Source: Rebecca billardiae RCC1528
Taxonomy: Eukaryota > Protista > Haptophyta
Direction of reading: 5' to 3'
Assembly (NCBI GenBank): GCA_965240325.2
Contig: OZ251228.1
Span: 1,488,001 to 1,552,000, forward strand
Length of the DNA: 64,000 bases
The notes under the pieces were generated by a model. It had not been told where the DNA came from. It did no database searches and saw only the letters and a list, made by a program, of their open reading frames with translations. The position numbers and the translations under genes are program-made. This document shows, piece after piece, positions 9,989-22,277 of this stretch (position 1 is the stretch's first letter; each line of letters begins with the position of its first letter).

Positions 9989-10623
9989 GCGCGCTCGCGC
10001 GCACCCGTTGCGGAGGGCGGCCGCTCTCATGACAACATGCGTGGGCAGCTTCATTCCTTCTCTGACAAGCCTTCTGACCCCGAGCCGCCCGGAGGCGCGC
10101 TCACCTGATCCTGCCGCGCAGCGATTTGTTCTGCCTCCTCGTCGGCGCGCATCATTATTGAATTGCGAGCCGTGGGCGTGGACGTCGGGCTTGCGAGTCC
10201 GGGCGCGCCACGCAGCGTACGTGCCTGCAAGACACCGGCTGCCAATGAGTGCAATTGGCCAACCGGAGTTCCCGCCGCTTCCGGCCGCGTCATGTGGCGC
10301 GTACCGGGTCTGACGGACTCGCGGACAGTTGGCAACACGGTGCCTCACAATCAGTCCGAGCACGCCAGTGCTGTTATTGGCGCATGGTCGGCTGATCTAA
10401 CTAGTCTTAGCTTCATCTGAGGAGCTAGTGCCTAGTGTCGAGTACAATTTACACACTCGGCGTGTATGCTATCATCCGACTAGTTAATCTCTATGAGCTT
10501 CTAGCTACACTTCAAGTTCAACATTGAACATAGGCTGTGCATCCCTGACTCTACAAGTACGTACACTCATCATGATCAGGCGTGATCAGCGGAGCCAACG
10601 GAAGAAATGGGGATGGATGCACG

Positions 10624-12204
10624 ATGGCGGCCTCGCCTGCTCGCGCGAAGCGATGGCCCCTCGTGCGTCTTGCGGCGCTCGTGTTGGCTTCCGCGCCGGC
10701 TGGCGGCCCTCGTCTCGCCGGCGCGGTGACACGCGGTAGCCCGTGCCGCGGTATGGCGGATCGCATGCCCGCGCAACCGGCGAGCAACGTCAGTGCTGCA
10801 TGGGAGGCGCCGCCGGGCGCCGCGTGGCGCGCCCCGATCGTCGGCACGACTCTCGAGGCTGTGTACGCGCGCGCGCACTACCGGCGCATCGTGCACGTCG
10901 ATCCGCGAGCGGCGGAGTCGTGCTCGAGCGCCAGCGCGCCCGACATCCTCGCCGAGCTCGGCCGCAACGCGTCGACGCGCACGGGCGCGTGGCACGTGGC
11001 TGTCGCGATCGACTCACACTCCATGAACTCACCGCTGATGTACGGGCACGTGTGGGACTACGTGAACGCATACTACTGCGCGCTCGTTCGGCCGCGCGCG
11101 CGCGAGCACCGCCGAGCGCCCGCGCCGCACGCGCCGGTCGCGCGCGTGCTGCTGCCGGCCGGACCGCAGAAGGGCGGGCGCGCGCTCGCTGAGTTGCAGC
11201 AGCTCTTCTCCTCGCCGCTCGAGCTGGGCCTGCAGGCGACGCGCAGGCCGTGGGTGCCGATGTGCGTCGCGACGTGCTGCGTGCAGCACGGCGGCGTGCC
11301 CCTCGCCCTCCGCGGCCGCGTCGACCTCCTCGTCCTCCACGTCGCCGACAGGCTGCCGCTGCCGCCGCGCGTCTCGCGCGCCTTCAGCGCCGATGTGCGC
11401 GCCGCCATCCTCGGCGCGCCGCGCGGCGCGGGCGGCGCGCGGGCACGGCCGGACCTCGTGCTGCTCGTGCACACGACGAACGCGTCGAACGGCCGGCGCA
11501 TCCACCGCGAGCCAGAGCTCGCCGCCGCGCTGCGCGCCTGGGCCGCCGAGTCCGGCCTCGGCTTTGCGCACGACCCGGGCGTGCGCGCCGACTATGCGGA
11601 GGAGGTCCGGCTTTTCTCGCGCGCGGCGGTGCTGGTATCGGTGTTCGGCTCGGCGCTGCACAACTGCCGGTACATGCGCCCCGGCGCGGTGGTGCTCGAG
11701 CTGCACGGCGCGCTCAAGGACGACTTTGGCGGCGGCTGGCAGTACTACCAGCTCTGCGCCCTCGGCCACGGCCTCCGGCATGTGCCGCTGCCTGTGCCGG
11801 GCGCTCTGCCACGCTTCGACGAGGCCAAGGCGGCGCGCGGGGACAAGCGGCCGTGGTCGTACGACGCGCCGGACGCGCGGCGGCACAAGTGGCTGGCGCG
11901 CGTGCAGCCCGGCGCGGTCGTGCACGCGCTACGCCGCGCGCTGCCCGCCGGCCGCGGCAGCGCGCGCCGCGGCGAGTGGGCGCTGCTCCTCGACGAGTAC
12001 GCAACCGCGCTGCGCGAGCGCCCCGACCCGCGCGCCCTGCAGAGCGACCCCAGGCTGCTCGAGACCTGGCGCCGGCCGAAAGACGCGAGTGTGCCGCACG
12101 ACCCCGACGGCGTGCCCAGTCATTATCGAGCGTGCAGCGCGCTCGATGACTGCGAGCAAACGCGCACAAGAGAAGCATCATCATCCCTTACTACGACGAC
12201 GTAG
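10624..12204 (+). CDS. Glycosyltransferase family 61 (DUF563)-like protein
   Basis: N-terminal hydrophobic stretch; C-terminal GRRIHREPEL...EEVRLFSRAAVLVSVFGSALHNCRYMRPGAVVLEL...YYQLC..GLRH resembles the GT61 HGAGLxN..PG..V.E signature. Confidence 0.72.
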   Translation: MAASPARAKRWPLVRLAALVLASAPAGGPRLAGAVTRGSPCRGMADRMPAQPASNVSAAWEAPPGAAWRAPIVGTTLEAVYARAHYRRIVHVDPRAAESCSSASAPDILAELGRNASTRTGAWHVAVAIDSHSMNSPLMYGHVWDYVNAYYCALVRPRAREHRRAPAPHAPVARVLLPAGPQKGGRALAELQQLFSSPLELGLQATRRPWVPMCVATCCVQHGGVPLALRGRVDLLVLHVADRLPLPPRVSRAFSADVRAAILGAPRGAGGARARPDLVLLVHTTNASNGRRIHREPELAAALRAWAAESGLGFAHDPGVRADYAEEVRLFSRAAVLVSVFGSALHNCRYMRPGAVVLELHGALKDDFGGGWQYYQLCALGHGLRHVPLPVPGALPRFDEAKAARGDKRPWSYDAPDARRHKWLARVQPGAVVHALRRALPAGRGSARRGEWALLLDEYATALRERPDPRALQSDPRLLETWRRPKDASVPHDPDGVPSHYRACSALDDCEQTRTREASSSLTTTT

Positions 12205-12761
12205 CAGTGAGCAGCCTAGCTATACTACGCGGTAGTATTGCCAATATTGTCGTCGGCACGCAGTCCGAAGCGCGAATCATTCAGCCTTCAGGGCGACAGG
12301 GTCAGGGCCAGGGCCGCAGGGGGCCGCCTGGCGCGACTACTTGCGGGCCCGCGCGAGCTCTCCGACGATCACGATATCACTACGAGTCAATAATATCCGT
12401 ATACGATTTGATGCTGTAATAATAATCATTAATATCCGTACGATTTGACGAAAGGAGTTTGAAACGACTACTGAAACGACAAGGAGTTCGTCGCGCGCAC
12501 TACTCAGCGCGGATTTAGGCATTTTATAGCGGCGCGGTGATCGAGCGGCGAGACCGGCGACGGTGCAGCCGGCATCGTCATACAACTAGCAGTATTATAT
12601 GATTCTCATCAGCAGCGCTCAGTGTCACTATATCAGACTCAGCGGCGACAGATACAGCTCGTATTCAATGAGCCTGATGACGAATCCCGGACTCCGGCGG
12701 TCGACTCTGGACTCTGGAGGCTCAGCTAGCATAGTCAGCGCCGAGTCAGCGCGCGGCCTGA

Positions 12762-13862
12762 TTAAAGATTGCTCGACGTCGCCACCCCCTCCGATGTCGC
12801 CTGCAACCTCGAGTACGCGGCGCGCAGCTTCATCTGCAGGTACTCGCCGCCCGTGATCTCGTCGTATCTCGGCTTCTCGCCCGGCGGCACGCACTGCGGA
12901 TGGGCGGCGATCAAGGAGTCCTCATCCGGATCCATGAAGCACGCGATGGCGAAGCGTGGCCTCGAGGCCGAGTCGGCATCCGGTACGATCACGCGATGGG
13001 CCGTCGCGCACCACGTGTCGTTCGTCCAGCGCGCGAGCAGCGCGCCCGTGTTGAGAATCGAGCCGGGCACATCTGGCAGCGAGATCTCCCGCCAGTCGCC
13101 ACCCTCGCCGCCCGCCGCGCCCCCGATCTCGCCGCCGGTCACGGCCTGCTTGACCTGCAGCCCGCGCGCGCCGGCTTCGAGGAAGAGCACCGTGTTCATC
13201 CCAAAGTCAGTGTGCTCACCGACACGGATGGCGGAGCTGGGCGCACCGTCGGGGCACTCGAGGCCAAGCGGCGACGATGGTGCCGCGGTGGGCGGATAGT
13301 GCAGGCAGCGCATCATGCACGAATCCATGCGGCCGAAGGCGCGCAGGAAGAAGTGCCGGTCGTCGAGGTCGAGAGCTATCGCGGTGGCGATGCAGTACCG
13401 CCGGAAGAAACGCTCGACCGCTTCGAACAACCGCGGGGCCGCGTCGCGAAACGCCTCTGTGCAGCCGCGGAAATCAGTAAGCCCGAGCGATGGCCACTTG
13501 GTGTTGAAGCACTCCTTGAGATCCGGCGCGCGCCGGATGTTGAGCTGTTCGGCAGCGACGGGGGAGTAGCCGACATTCGTCTGCGCGGAAAGCGGGCAGA
13601 GCTGCTCCAGCTTGTGCGCCTCCGGCAGCGCGAAGAGCTCCTTCGATGCCGCGAACGCGCTCGCAACCAGCGCAGGGTCGACGTGGTTGGTCAGGAAGAG
13701 GAAGCCGGTCTCGCGGCACGCCTGCGCGATCTGGGCGGCCACGCGCAGCTGCGCGCCAGTCGGCTCATCACCCACGCCGGCGCCCTCGTCGGCCATCCAC
13801 GGCGAGAAGTCAATGATCGGGATGTGAAGCATCCCCGGCGCCGAGGCCGAGGGCGTTGCCAT
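12762..13862 (-). CDS. 2-oxoglutarate/Fe(II)-dependent dioxygenase (IPNS-like, DIOX_N + 2OG-FeII_Oxy)
   Basis: IPIIDFSPW, ACRETGFLFLTNH, DLKECF, HYPP, HxD in GEHTDFG, LNTGALLARWTND, ATAHRV, RFAIACF. Start placed at MATPSASAPG. Confidence 0.92.
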   Translation of the reverse strand: MATPSASAPGMLHIPIIDFSPWMADEGAGVGDEPTGAQLRVAAQIAQACRETGFLFLTNHVDPALVASAFAASKELFALPEAHKLEQLCPLSAQTNVGYSPVAAEQLNIRRAPDLKECFNTKWPSLGLTDFRGCTEAFRDAAPRLFEAVERFFRRYCIATAIALDLDDRHFFLRAFGRMDSCMMRCLHYPPTAAPSSPLGLECPDGAPSSAIRVGEHTDFGMNTVLFLEAGARGLQVKQAVTGGEIGGAAGGEGGDWREISLPDVPGSILNTGALLARWTNDTWCATAHRVIVPDADSASRPRFAIACFMDPDEDSLIAAHPQCVPPGEKPRYDEITGGEYLQMKLRAAYSRLQATSEGVATSSNL

Positions 13863-14257
13863 CGCCTGCCCAGGTGCGTTCGCTCGCGCTTGAGGGAGAG
13901 TACGTGCCATATCGGTCCGAACTTTCCAACTTGAAAGAATGAAAGTGGAAACCTGAATGCCGCATGAATGGCGCAGCGGCAGAACGTTCGCGCGCGATCT
14001 TCCTGGCCCAATCACGGTCTGCCAGGTGACTTCATTGGCTGCTGTACGATGCTGGTCAGTCTGCCTGGCGTAGCACGGCATCGGTCCATTGGTGTCACCA
14101 CGGCACACACTGTGACGACGAGGATTCATAAATCACTGTGATGGTAGTATAAGACTGTATCGGCTATCCAGCTTGACGTTGTCAGCATCCTTGTCGGATG
14201 AAGCTTGGCAGATTCTCGCAGGCTGGCGTGGACTGTCATCCACACGCCCGTGCACGT

Positions 14258-14968
14258 TCAGCCGATGATGGCCATCACTGCTGCCTCTGCCTTGCACGCA
14301 GCGATGTCGAGGAGGTAATCGGGATGGGCGCACAAGGGCCCGATCACGCGCGGGATCACCTCGGCGATCCACACGTCCGCAAAGCCCAGCCCACCGCTGC
14401 CACCTCCGCCGCTCTGCACAGAGCGCGCCTCGAGCACACGCCCGACGTGCAGCAGCAGCGGCACGCGCTCGCGGGCCGCCGTCGGGAAAGCGGAGTGCGT
14501 CGACGGGCTCCAGGGAAGGCCATCCGTGGCGACGAGTCGCGCCTTCAGACACTTGCCCTGCTGCGCGCGGGCACGCTCGAGAGCGTCGCCGCGTGCGCGA
14601 GCGCCGCGCGCGAGCTGCTCACACGCGCGCTTGAGCGAGGCACACTCCCAGAGGGCGAGCGGCGGCTCCTGGGCGGCGAGCCGTGCGAACCATGCCTCAA
14701 GATCGGGGTCGGATCGCAGCACGGGGTGGTGCGCGAAGCGCTCGATCGCGCCGTTCGCGATCAGGCAGCGCGCGAGCCGCTCGTCACGCGATCCTGCGAC
14801 CTCACGGATGCATTGCTCGCCCGCGTGCTCGAAGGTGCCGAGCACGCTCGTGAGGATGCTCACGGCGCGCTTTCTGCACGCGCTCGAGGCGTACCCTTCG
14901 TATCGGGATGGCTCGCGGGGCACAGGGCGCTCGCTGAACGCGCTCGCGTCGAGGTCGTCGACCGCCAT
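14258..14968 (-). CDS. Hypothetical protein (236 aa)
   Basis: ORF from GCTATGG (MAVDDLDASAF...) with protein-like composition and GC3 bias; ends WSPSTHSAFPTAARERVPLLLHVG...VWIAEVIPRV. Divergent from the next gene. Confidence 0.65.
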   Translation of the reverse strand: MAVDDLDASAFSERPVPREPSRYEGYASSACRKRAVSILTSVLGTFEHAGEQCIREVAGSRDERLARCLIANGAIERFAHHPVLRSDPDLEAWFARLAAQEPPLALWECASLKRACEQLARGARARGDALERARAQQGKCLKARLVATDGLPWSPSTHSAFPTAARERVPLLLHVGRVLEARSVQSGGGGSGGLGFADVWIAEVIPRVIGPLCAHPDYLLDIAACKAEAAVMAIIG

Positions 14969-15128
14969 AGCGCTTGACGGCCGGGTCCGCGGCGTGAAGA
15001 CAAGTCTCGCCGGGGAGAAGTTGCGGCAGTTCGCCCCCGGACTCGGCCCGCGGGCGCCGCGCGCGCGCAGCAGGGCCGGCCGTCCGCTAGGACTCGGTTT
15101 CGGGCAGCGGTTAGTGTCCGCCGTCAGC

Positions 15129-18100
15129 ATGGGCGGCGTGAGCTCGAGCGCCGCCGCGCAGCCGGGGCGGATTGCCGACGGGCAGCCGCTAGGCGTGCGC
15201 ATCGGCATGCTCCGACGGCTCAAGGCGAAGGCAGACCAGCTGCACAGGCAGCCGGGTCCCCCGATCCCCGTCGGCGGGCGCGACGAGGCGTCGGCTGGCA
15301 CGCAGCAGGCGGGCCGCCGGCGCGTCGCGCGCGCCGCGGACGAGCGGCTCACGCTCGACGACGTGATGGACGAGATCGTGAGGGACGTCGTCGAGAGCGT
15401 CCCTGGCGCTCGCAGCCTCTGCGAGGCGCTCCGGCTCATGCCCCGCCGCAACTCCTCCGCCCGCGAGCTGCACGAGCTCCTCCTCGCCTCCTCGAAGACG
15501 GATGTCGGACCGGCGACAACGGTCGTGTGTGTCTCGGGCTCGACGGGGTTCGCCGAGCTGGTCGACGCGCTCGGCCAGAGCCTCGGCGAGGACGTGCGCG
15601 CCTTCTTCTGCATCCGCCAGCTCTCGGGGCTGCCCGTCAGCGGCACCACCAACGACGGGCTCGTGCAGTCGGTCGGCGCGGCCGTGCTCCACGTCGTCCC
15701 GTACGATGCGCCGCTCGTGCTGGGCGACGCGCGCGCGGTGGCGGACGCGCGCGTCGCAGCGGTGAACAAGCTGTCGCTCCGGTGCGTCGCGATCGCGCCC
15801 GGCGCGACGCCGGCCCATCCGCCGCCCGCGTGACCGCCGCGCGGCCGCCTGCCGCGCTCACGTTGCGCGCCAGCGCCGTGCGCCGCCCCGACGTGCCCTG
15901 CGCGCCCGCCGTGGCTGCGCCGCTCGCAGTATCGCGACCAGCTTCGAAGAGCGGCATCGACTGGTGGCTGCGATCGCGCGCGGCGAGATTGTGCGCCTCG
16001 AGCGCACCTGGCACGCGCTCGTGCTCGGCGCGGACGGCACGCTCGGCGGCGCGGCGACGCGCGGCATCGGCGGCGCGCCTGTGGCTGGTGGCGGCGGGAG
16101 CAAGCTGCGCGCTGCCCTGCGGGAGTGGCTGTTGGCGACGGCGGTGCACGCGCTCCCGGCGGAGTCGCTCGCGGGCGCGCCGTCGGACGCGCGCGCCGCG
16201 CGCGCGCGGCTGCTCCACGAGCACGGCGCGCACGACGTCGCCTTCGCCGACCTTGTGCGCGAGCTGCGCGCGCGCGCCGACGCGTACGGAATGTCTGAGT
16301 CGGGTCGGCACGCGTGCCTCGGCGCGGCCAAGGCGGGGCGGCTCGAGCGCGCGATCGAGGAGGAGCAGGCGAGCGCGCTGCGCGCGCTCGCGAGCGACGT
16401 GCGCGTGCGCACCGTGCAGCTCGACTCGGTCAACGTGCTCGCGATCGCGCACAATCTCGGCGCGGTCGTAAAGGCGCTGGGCGCAGGCGACGCGGCGCTC
16501 AAGCTGTATAGTTGGGCGACCGAGGGGCGCGAGGCCCTGCTCGGGTCGTACCACATCTCCGCGCTCGTGTCGAGGGCGAACCGCGCCGTGCTGGATGACG
16601 ACTTGAGGTTCCGGGACGCGGCGGAGCGGGAGTACCGGACTGTACTCGAGCGGCTGCCGAGGGCGACGGCGGCGGCGGACGAGGCGGCGGCGGCGCGGCG
16701 CGAGGCGCTGCGTACCGCTGGCGTGAGGCCGGACAGCGCGGACGCCGCCGTGATGGAGGAGGCGGAGCGCGCGGCGGGCGACGACTCGGCGCGCGCGCGC
16801 GAGCTCGAGGCGACGTGCTCCGCCGCGCTGGCCACCATCTTGGAGCGGAAGCGGAACGCCGCGAGCGTGGCCGAGGCGGTGGCTCTACGCGAGCGCGTGC
16901 TCGAGGCGCGTATCATGGCCGGCGGCGGCGGCGACGACGGCGAGGCGCGGCCCGTCGCCCTCGACGCTGCGAACCGCCTCGCGCTCTCGCTGCGCCGCGC
17001 AGGGGACGCGCGCGGCGGCGCGGACGCGGAGGCCGTGTACAGGCGCGCGCTCCGGGCGTGCCGCGCGGTCGCGGCGGCGCGCGAGCGCGGCTTTGTGCGG
17101 TGCGAGGGTGGAGCGCTCCCTCTCGAGGCGCGCGCGCTCGACATCGCGTCCAACCTCGCGCAGCTCCTCGGCCGTCGGATCGACCGGGGCGGCGCGCACG
17201 TGACGCCGGCCCTGCTCTCCGAGGTGTGCGCACAGCGCCACCGCAGTGACCCAGCGGCACGCCGCGCGCCGCTCCGTGTGGCCCGCGCCGCCGCGGCCCG
17301 CCCACGCGCCGCCGCGCCCGCGCGCCGCTCGGCCGCCGCGGCGTGCTGATCCTCACGCCAAACTCCGTGCGCACGCTCGCTCACGGCTTGCTGCGCACGC
17401 GCGCCCTCTGCCACGGCCCCATCGCAGGTCGAGGGCCTGCACCGCGCCGCGCTCGAGGGGCGCTCGGCGCTGCTCGGCCTGCGCGCCGAGCCGACCGCGC
17501 GCTCCGCGCGGCTGCTCGCGAATCACCTCGACACGCGCGCGACGGGGCGCGCGCAGGAGGCGGCGGACGCGTACTGGAAAGCGCTCGAGGCGAACAGCGC
17601 CGTCTTTGGGTTCGCAGACCCGCGCGTGCTGCGGATCGCCGCCGCGCTCGCGCGCACGCTGCGCAAGCTCGGCCGCGAGGACGAGGCCGCGGCGGTGGCG
17701 CGCTCGACGCTCGCAGAGCTGCGTGCCGCGCGCTTGGGCGCCGCGGCCAAGCGGGGCGCCGACACTCGTGGCAGCGGCGGGCAGGCAGCCGCGCGCCTCG
17801 AGGCTGCGCTCAACGAGGCTACCGGGCTCACCGCCGACGGCGAGGAGAAGCCCGCCGACGAGAAGGGCGCGGAGAGCGCGCCCTCCCACGTGGAGCGGCT
17901 GCTGGCGCTTGAGAAGGTTCTCAAGCAGTCGGACGCGGCGGGCGGGCCCGGCTCGCCCGAGCGCGCTCCCAGCCGGCTGGCCCTCTCTTCGTCGGAGAAG
18001 CGTGCGGCCGCGGCACGGCACGCCCAGCGGGCACGCGAGGGCGAAGAGAGCGGAGAGCTGCTCGAGCTGCCGGGAGGTGCGCAGACGCCGCCACCCCGCG

Positions 18101-18153
18101 AATCCGCGGCGAACGGGTCACCCGTCGGCAGCGCAATCAGCACCCCGCGCTGA
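15129..18153 (+). CDS. TPR (kinesin-light-chain-like) repeat protein; exons 15129-15781, 15930-17223, 17428-18153
   Basis: Phase-consistent GT..AG introns join three ORFs. KLC-type TPR motifs: VLAIAHNLGAVVKALG..AALKLYSWATEGREALLG, AEAVYRRAL, YWKALEANSAVFGFADPRVLRIAAALARTLRKLGREDEA. The MG start is a possible N-myristoylation site. Confidence 0.75.
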
Positions 18154-18328
18154 GATCAGACGAGATGCGCCGCCGCCTGCGCCATGATAGCGACGACTGA
18201 TGACGTCCGACACTGTCAGACAGCTGCTGCTGATGACCATCAGCATGTACGTATATATACTAAGCTACTCGCGGCCCTCACTCAAGTGTCAGTATTGTCG
18301 TCTTACTAATACTACGACTAGTACGAAT

Positions 18329-18332
<4 letters not shown>

Positions 18333-18421
<89 letters not shown>
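18333..18421. repeat. (CT)n microsatellite
   Basis: About 44 TC units, directly visible. Confidence 0.97.
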
Positions 18422-18423
<2 letters not shown>

Positions 18424-18499
18424 GATTTAAAGACACAGGCACGAGGGCGCAGCTCTCCTGATGATTCGTCGTCTGTCGAAGTACTGAATGGAGTTCTAT

Positions 18500-18863
18500 G
18501 GAGGATGTCGGAGCGCGTTGGCTGCGGGTGAGGGAGTCGTCGTAGCCGATGCTGATCACACGGTCACTGAGGTAGTAGGCGCCCAGGGATGCCGCTGTTT
18601 TTGCAGTCGTCGCCGGCCTTGGTCATCATGTAGTAGTGCCCGCGTCGTCGTCCGAGGCTGTTCAAGTTGATGCCGTAGACGTAGTGCAGGTAGTGGATGT
18701 GGTCGCCCGGGCCGGTGTGCGCGGCCTAGTGGCCTTGCCGAGTTGAGGGAGTAGTCGCCCTTGCCGTTGAGGAAGTCATCGTCCTTGCCGTTGAGGAAGT
18801 CGTCGCCCTGGCCGCAGAGGAAGTCGTCGCCCTTGCCGTTGATTACGGGTAATGTCGTCGCCC
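18500..18863 (-). pseudogene. Decayed fragment with RTX/hemolysin-type-like Gly-Asp repeats
   Basis: Minus strand reads NGKGDDFLCGQGDDFLNGKDDDFLNGKGDYSLN (24-nt unit, 18735-18843), then frameshifted pieces such as GPGDHIHYLHYVYG and GYDDSLT. No intact ORF. Confidence 0.5.
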
Positions 18864-19256
18864 TACTCTAGTATAATGACTAGCGCGCGCGCAGCGATAT
18901 ACTAACTACGAATATATTCCTCTACTGCTGGTCACGGCGGTCACGCCGCACCGGGCCAGGCTGTCTGAGGCACCGGCCGCCGACGGCTCTCTTCCGGTGA
19001 CTTAGTCGACCGTCTCACTCTCGTAGTCAGTCTGTGAGTGTGATGCCATTGCATGGCACTCACTACTCTCTCGTCTCTTTGAAACTCTCTCACTCACTCT
19101 CTCTCACGGTGACACACACTCACACACTCTCTCTCGTCTCTCTCTGGCGGTGACTGCTGACGAATAATGCGGATATATATGCCAATGGATTATTTGGCTG
19201 CCAATGATCGCCACCCAATGCGTCATCGATCATCAGGCCGATGACGGCGACGATTA

Positions 19257-20312
19257 TTATTTGCCGCATCGCGCGCTGACGAAGTGGTCGGTCCAGCGTT
19301 GCGCGAGCGCCAAGGTGATGACACCATCGTCCCGGAAATGATGTCGAAGCTCCTGATTGACCACCACATGGCACTGGGAGAAATGGAGGCACGCCTTGCG
19401 GCTCAGTGTGTCGTACATGGCCCGGTCGCGTCCCATGGGCAGCACCAGGCGGATATCCCTGTGGCTGGAGTATGCCATCGGGAGCGGCCATTTCGCCGCG
19501 GCAACTGCCTGGTCGTCGAAGAGCACGAGCGCCGCGTCGGTCAGCAGTGGGGTGGAGGTCGCCAGCCGCAACGCCAACTCTTCCTTTGGTCCGTCCAGGA
19601 TCACCGCCACGCGTGCAGCGGGGTCTGACGCGCGGACCTCGGCGAGCGCGCGCGGGACGAGGACCATTCCATCGCCATTCAGCATGCGTATCCCCGGCGC
19701 CAGCGCGTGCAGGTCCGCCTCCACGTCCCCCACGGGCAGCAGCTCGATCGAGGTCACATTGTACCCTAGCCTCGCGTAATGCAGCGCACTAATGCCGCCC
19801 ATGCGGCCCGACTCGATGACGTGCGTGATGCCGAGCGCGCGCATAAAGACGATTATGGTGACTAACTTGCTCGGTGGCATGTTGCTCCACAGGCACGGAC
19901 CCGACACGTTGTTCTTGCTGAAGACAATATCTCCTGCGTACGTGCTGCCGCCGCGTTTCCTTGGGACGCATTTGCCCCGGACGCAGCAGCCAGGCAGGCG
20001 GAAAGCGGTCTCGGGCTGCGACTCCGAGGCATAAAAGAGATGCAGCAGATCCGTATTTGTCGGGAGCGAGATGAGTTGTGGCAGCGCGGAGCTCAAACAG
20101 TGCGCGGCGGTCGACGGGGTCGTCCCACTTGATCCCCTGCGCAACACGATGCACGCGTTGACCTGCGTGACGAAGTGGCGCAGCGCCGGGCCGCACGGCG
20201 TGACCGCTACGCCAGACGTGCGGACGGGCTGCTCCCAGAAGGATGTCGGACGCCGTTCCATGCCAACTGCCGTCATCACTAGCGAGGGTAGCATCAGCGC
20301 GATCGCCAACAT
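19257..20312 (-). CDS. Putative secretory-pathway class I SAM-dependent methyltransferase-like protein
   Basis: Signal-like start MLAIALMLPSLVMTAVG. Motif-I-like ITHVIESGRMGGIS, then VTSIEL, LNGDG, VAVILDGPK and LVLFDD follow the Methyltransf_24-like strand order. Confidence 0.65.
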   Translation of the reverse strand: MLAIALMLPSLVMTAVGMERRPTSFWEQPVRTSGVAVTPCGPALRHFVTQVNACIVLRRGSSGTTPSTAAHCLSSALPQLISLPTNTDLLHLFYASESQPETAFRLPGCCVRGKCVPRKRGGSTYAGDIVFSKNNVSGPCLWSNMPPSKLVTIIVFMRALGITHVIESGRMGGISALHYARLGYNVTSIELLPVGDVEADLHALAPGIRMLNGDGMVLVPRALAEVRASDPAARVAVILDGPKEELALRLATSTPLLTDAALVLFDDQAVAAAKWPLPMAYSSHRDIRLVLPMGRDRAMYDTLSRKACLHFSQCHVVVNQELRHHFRDDGVITLALAQRWTDHFVSARCGK

Positions 20313-20664
20313 CTCCGCCGCCCAGCTCTCCAACAGCCTGCGGCCTGCCGCCAGCTGATGCCCGGCGGCGGAGGCCCGGCTGGCTTCTGCGACAGGGACC
20401 CCGCCGTGGACGGAGGAAAGCACTGCTGCCGCGCCGTGCCGAGATTCATCGTCCGATTTAATTCCGATGATCGAGCGAAATCGAATGATGAGATGACAAT
20501 AAAATCCCGGCGGCGGATGATCGCGTGTTATTTTGCGCTCGACCACGATGGCGCTCACGCCCATCGCGCACGTCGGAGGGCTTCAGACGAAGAGTTCAAG
20601 CTGCGAGTCTCGTGGGCTAACTCCATGCCGTTGAGGAGCACGAGCACCATCAAGTTTGTCTCAC

Positions 20665-20666
<2 letters not shown>

Positions 20667-20695
<29 letters not shown>
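20667..20695. repeat. Poly-G tract (29 nt)
   Basis: Directly visible. Confidence 0.95.
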
Positions 20696-20696
<1 letters not shown>

Positions 20697-22277
20697 TTTG
20701 AGACAAACCGCGTGCGCACGCCCGAAGATCTCACCAACTGGGGAGAGCAAGCATCCCATGGGCTCTTGACGCGTATCTGGCGTCCCTACTACCTCCCATG
20801 GCATGGCCAGCCGTCAGGTTGGCGTCCCCTTGCAGTAGTAGACTACCTTGCTCACGTCACTGAAGGGCACCGTGCATCGCGGTTCGCGGGCGTCTCACAG
20901 TGGCGGGGCACGTTCGGCGGCTACGTTTGGTGCGTGCAGGCCAGGCATGGGCAGCGGAGCGGCCGGCAAACGAGCGGAGGTGCCAGGCATGCACCTTGCT
21001 GGGCACCCATGCGACGCGCCTCGACAGACTTGCGTCCACTTCACCGGGCGCTGTAGCGCGTGCGAGGCGGGCGCCATGCACCACGCCCAGTGGGCGCCAC
21101 TGGGCCGCCGCCTTTGTCTCAAAGTGCCCTCACGACCTGTACGCACCTGACAAACACGGCCCTGCTGCTGGCTTGCACCTGCTGAGTCCTGACGGTGAGG
21201 ACGACGACGCCGTTTGGACCCTGATGTCGTAGCTACAAACTGTACGACTGACAATGATTAAGCTACTCTCGGCAAGTATGGGGGTACTGTGCATCATCCT
21301 GACAGCCGAGCAGGCGACACGCGCGCTCGAGCCCTCGTTTGCCTAGGTGTCGGCCTTTCATCCGCCATCGGTGGCGTGCGCCGGTCGACGCGTACACGTC
21401 GGCGTCCGCACCGGCGGCACGGGCAGGTGCGGCGGACCGCGAAGGACGACGTGACCGTGAAGCCGAATTGGGCAGAAACCATTGCGCCTATTGTAAGGCG
21501 CGCGGCCGCAGAGTCTGGCTCCACACCATCACTTCACAACCGCGCCCAAGCACCACGCCGCCTCTTTCTGTACTACTAAGCAAGCGTGGCAGCCACCGCT
21601 CCGAGTCGTGATCCACACGTGTGGCCCCGCCCGTCGCCCCCTACCGCACTGCTCCCGGCGGCCCGCTCCGGGCTGCTCCGGCGCCACGGCCAAACGGCCC
21701 TGGCTGGAAGTCACTCCTCAGTCAGCAGTAGTTAGATAGTCATCAATGGTGTCATTACTCGTTCGGCATACTCCTGCCCGGCCCCGGGCCGGCCGGAAAT
21801 ATCTACTGTAACTAGCTAGCTACTAGATACTGCTAGAAGTTTCAGTCGTGGGCTCGCGGCGGCTGCCGCGCCCGGGAGCGTACGGTAGTGGATCGTCTGG
21901 ATCGAAATTCACATACTGGCGCCCCGCGGTATATCAGTAAATCGGGCCCGATATATATATATATAGTAGTACTCATCGTCCTATACTACTACGACAAGGA
22001 CTGATGATGATGAATAATGGCGGCGCCAATGCTGTGTTATTACTACTGGTGGCGCGCGGTCGGCTGGGACACGGTTTAGCCTCTCGGCCGGGACTACACT
22101 CACACCACGGCACTACGTACGCCATCCGTACGACCGTATCCGATTTCCGTAACCGGGGACTCGCCGTTGTAGTTGCAGTCGATCCGGGACCCGCCCGCAT
22201 CGGGGCCAATGGCGCGTGGGCCGCCGGGGCGCATGCGGCATGGCGCATGCGACGGAGTCCGAGCAGTTGACTCGCGG

